From: Azolla caroliniana
Lineage: Eukaryota > Plantae > Polypodiophyta
Direction: 5' to 3'
Assembly: GCA_043228905.1 (NCBI GenBank)
Contig: JBHGNT010000211.1
Coordinates: 1-52,104, forward strand
DNA: 52,104 nt
The translations under genes and the position numbers were made by a program. Below the pieces are notes generated by a model, which saw nothing but the letters and a program-made list of their open reading frames with translations, did not search any database and was not told the origin of the DNA. Positions 47,952 through 52,104 of the stretch are shown here, in pieces; position 1 is the first letter of the stretch, and each line of letters begins with the position of its first letter.

Positions 47952-49437
47952 GTTGCTCTCTTTCAAAGATATTATCTAATGCAAATCTCCAATAAACCAT
48001 TCCCCTACATAAACCAACAAAAAAATATCTTCGCTACTTCATATTCCTTTTTGTGGCTCTCTTTACCAGATCTTATCAAATGTTTCAAACTTAGCGAGAC
48101 ATAGGAATAAGTGGGGATGTCAACTACTAAGCAAAATAAGATGTCAACACCAAAAGAACTCGCTATCTTTTTGACATGACGAAAACTATCTTTTTGTCCA
48201 ATTATCATTTGTGAGGGGATAATGTCAATTTCGAAGAACAAGAATAAGCTCCTCTTAACTCCTTGAAATCTTACATGCCTTATTACAATGAGGTGGAGCT
48301 CTTATGGGACCACTTTGTGGGATAGGAACCCTCATATTGAGGATTTGATCTTCAATCTAAAGTTATATTAGCCACTGTGTAGGAATCATAAAGCAACTCA
48401 ACCCTAAAGTAAATCATTGTATGGCACCAAGAAACTCATCTCATTAAGAAGGATATCACTCTCTAACACAACCAACAAATGCAACCACAAGTCAATTAGC
48501 AAACATATATAATCACTACCAAATGTAGTTGATAGTGTCAACTTCAGATTCAAGAGCTGTGTACGATAACAAACATATGAACTGAAATGATTCTCTGTGA
48601 CATTATGAAACGTCAGAAAATGATAGTGCCGTTTCTGCATACACTAGTTAACAGAGCAACATGATATTTAGTTAATTTGCAAAACCTCATGATGTAATAA
48701 CTCCTCTTTCATTTGAGAAGGTCAGAGGAGACAAGTTCTTCACGTAATGCCTACGCTGGAGCCTCGAAGATAGACAATTCTTCTAATTTGAGCATAGGAA
48801 AGGGAACATAATAATCATCAAGTCTACATATATATTTCTACTGTCAGCCGGAAGGTCCTTTCTTTGATGGAACAAATCAAGTATAAGGATGTTCCGGTTT
48901 AGTGAAAACCGCCTAAAAATTATATCTACATAATACTCTGAAATAATACGTTTAACACAGAACTTCTGCATAAACCATTTTCATAGTACAATATTTAAAA
49001 CGACACCATAAAGATCAAGTTAATTGAACTTTCCATAGAAAAATATGTCAACACCTAAAAATACAATGCAGTTACAGTTCAAAAAGACAAACCTGAAACT
49101 TTTAAACACACGATAATTAAGTAAATACCATTTAATCTTCTGCAAAAACATGATTCCACGATTCCACATACAAAACTCTTGCAAAAACAAGATCTTCATA
49201 ATACAAATTAGTTCGAAATTCCAGCAAACGCATCAATGAAAACCTAAAAACTCAACAAAAATATTAGAAAAAACAGTTCACCTCATGATCCCTGCCAGAA
49301 GGCATAACCGTAAAGTGAGCTGCAAGATTTATGAGTCATGTTCTCTTACCTCCTATAACCTTACTTTACCCCTCGAAAAAGAAATACTACAACCAAAATG
49401 CAAACTCTGCCAAGTTACTTTCCCATCCAGAAGATTT

Positions 49438-52104
49438 CTAGAGCTTATCTTCATACTCAGAGAGCGGGGTCATTTGTTCCTTCAATCCCTTCCTTTTGCG
49501 GATATCCACAATAAGCTGGGCAGCCTGTGATCCAGACTCAAATGGGTCACTATTCATCATATCCCAATGATCAAAGACACACTGAGGAAACGCTTGTCCT
49601 GATGTAGCTGCACGGAGAGTGCTCGAAAACCCAAAAGACTCTATCACAGGAAGATAAGCCTTGATGTTATAGAGTGGAGTCCCTGGACGCTGAATTTCTT
49701 CAAACACATGCCCTCTCTTCTGATTCAACACACCGTAGATACCACCAAGAGCTTGTTCAGGTGCTTGAATCTCCACAAGATAGACAGGTTCTAACAACCT
49801 TGGTTTAGCAGTTAGCTGAGCAGCATACATCACACGTCTTGCAGTGGGAATAACCTGACCTCCTCCTCTATGAATAGCATCAGCATGAAGAACCACATCA
49901 CAAACTTCAAAAGCAATTCCTCTCATGTTTTCTTCAGCGAGGGCACCCTCCTTGGTAGCCCACTGGCAAGCAGCTACAACCGAATCCTTGATTTCATTGA
50001 GATACTGAACTCCCTTACACATGTCAACCACAAGATTAGGTCCAGTCGTCTCAGGCCCAAAACACCAAATTTTCTTTGCAAGATCCTTATCCCAACCAAA
50101 CTCCTCAGACAAGATCTTGCTCCGAACTTTAGGATCATCTCTGGGACCAATACGTCCATCATCAATAGCTTCAGCAAGCCCATCCTCCAAAGGTCTGGCC
50201 TCAAAGTACAGCCGGTTGTGCTTGTTAGGAGATTTGCTCATGACAGTGTGATGAGATTTTTCAAGCACAGTCTCCCTGAAGGAGACAACAGGATCAGAAA
50301 CTATGATTTCAGCACCACCCATGAAATCCTCTTGCAAGTCTTTCAAGCAAATCTCCAGATGAAGCTCACCAGCACCCGCAATGATGTGCTCTCCAGACTC
50401 TTCGATCGTACATACAACCATAGGATCTGATTTAGCCAAGCGTTTTAAGCCCTCGACTAGCTTAGGAAGATCAGAGGCAACCTTGCATTGAACTGCAACA
50501 CGCACAACAGGTGAGACAGAAAACTTCATTGCCCTGATAGGATGAGCATCGACCTCCTTCTCATTTGTGAGGGTTGCATTCTTTGTTATGTATTGATCAA
50601 GACCAACCATGGCCACAGTGTTTCCACATGGCACATCCTCAACAGATTCTTGCCTCCTCCCCATCCATATAACAGTTCTCTGAACACTCTTTGTGTACAA
50701 ATCTTTCTTTTGGCCAGGGACATAGTTAGGACCCATGATTCGCACCTTACACCCAGTGGCAACCTTCCCTGAAAACACACGTCCAAAAGCAAAAAATCGA
50801 CCCTTATCTGATGCTGGAATCATTTTAGAAACATAAAGCATGAGGGGACCATCAGGATCACAATTCCTGATAGCATTAGCATACTGATCATCAAGAGGGC
50901 CCTCGTACAGGTTCTCAACTCTGTACCTTTGTGCCTTAGCGGGAGACGGAAGGTGGAACACCATCATTTCAAGAAGAGCATCACTAGCAGGAAGCCACGT
51001 CTGCATCACACGCTTCATCAAAGCCTTTGCCCTGAGTTCTTTCTCATCACCCTTCATTGTGACGCCAAGCTTTGCAAGCATGGGCCACAGTTTGTCCTTT
51101 TGATCATTCATACAGATATTGATTATCTGCTTAATAGGGTTGTAGATAAATTGCACAAAACCTCTCTGACATGTAGGAGCCCCAGTATTTTTTGTCGTCC
51201 ACTTTTTAGTGGCAGGATCAAAATAATTCTCACCCCACAACCTCTCCATCATCTTCGATTCATCAACTCCAAATTTAGCAGCATACATTTTGGCAAAATT
51301 GGTAAGGGTGAAAGCCCATCCATGTAGACCAGCAGAAAATGCAACAGTTCCTTTTTCAGGATAAACTTGGACATCACCAAGGAGTGGATCTTCATATGTT
51401 GCCATAATAACATTCGCATTTTCAATGACTCTCTGGAAGGTTTGGTATGCCTCCTCTCCCTCCACTTGGAGCTCAAGGAAGCACCTGTCCATTTTGTTAA
51501 CAGTAAGCACAGGACGAATCCTCTCACCTAAAGCTTGACGAAGGACAGTTTCAGTCTGCACACATACACCTTCAACACAATCCACCACGACCAAGGCACC
51601 ATCTGTGATACGTAGAGCTGCAGTGACTTCTGACGAGAAATCAACATGTCCAGGAGAGTCTATCAAGTTGATCAGGTAATCATTGCCATCTTTCTCACCC
51701 TTGTAATCCTTCAATGAAGCTTCAGTCATCTCATAATAGAGGGAGATTCCAGTGGACTTGATGGTGATGCCACGTTCAGCTTCATCTTGACGTGTGTCAG
51801 TTAGACGCACATCACCCGCAACCTCCTGAGCAATAATTCCAGCAGCCGCCACAAGGGAATCTGTCAACGTAGACTTACCTACAACAAATATAACGAGATA
51901 CAGTTGGTTCTCTTTTAACTATTATATAAACCAATACAAAAGAATAGTGCGGAATCCAGCAAAATTGGTATGAATTATTATCATAAATAACACTAGAAGT
52001 GTTGAATAATGGTCACACCGTGATCCACATGAGCAATAACAGACATATTGCGAATGTTATTCTTTTTGTCCATGATCCTACGAAGCTCTTCAATAGTAAA
52101 CTTC
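49438..52104 (-). CDS. EF2: Eukaryotic translation elongation factor 2; 5' end cut by the window edge (about 843 aa when complete)
   Basis: Exons (>52104)-52019 ([29 protein letters not shown]) and 51878-49438. GTPase motifs are [25 protein letters not shown] and NKMD. The diphthamide loop [11 protein letters not shown] and the C-terminus LSEYEDKL* are present. Confidence 0.98.

Noticed and set aside
49870-51527. Antisense and alternative-frame ORFs over eEF2 (for example the 186-aa ORF at 49870-50430)
   Set aside because: These are shadow ORFs of a conserved coding exon and have no recognisable motifs.

Overview
Eukaryotic, intron-rich, AT-rich land-plant nuclear DNA. Gene density and simple-repeat content suggest a non-seed plant such as a fern, but that is a weak inference. 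Manual splicing gives eight gene models with frame-consistent exons. On the + strand: a triple RanBP2 zinc-finger protein (3989-6533), CULLIN4 (11750-17742, with one GC-AG intron), a Tim17/22/23 (PRAT) family protein (19627-22154), an intronless S-adenosylmethionine synthetase (34555-35733) and a plant-type glutaminyl cyclase (37304-42784). On the - strand: a 1068-aa two-TM uncharacterised plant protein (27441-23281), an orphan-like gene (46483-44623) and eEF2 (cut by the right edge). The orphan-like gene is the most unusual item. An exon with three C-x4-C-xn-C-x3-H putative zinc fingers can splice in frame to a highly divergent NAC-like domain that keeps the canonical NAC phase-1 intron. Intergenic and intronic DNA holds many short tandem duplications, microsatellites, a tRNA-like element, a duplicated hairpin unit with a Helitron-like 3' end, and faint transposon relics. 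All family calls come from motif recognition by eye; no database searches were run.
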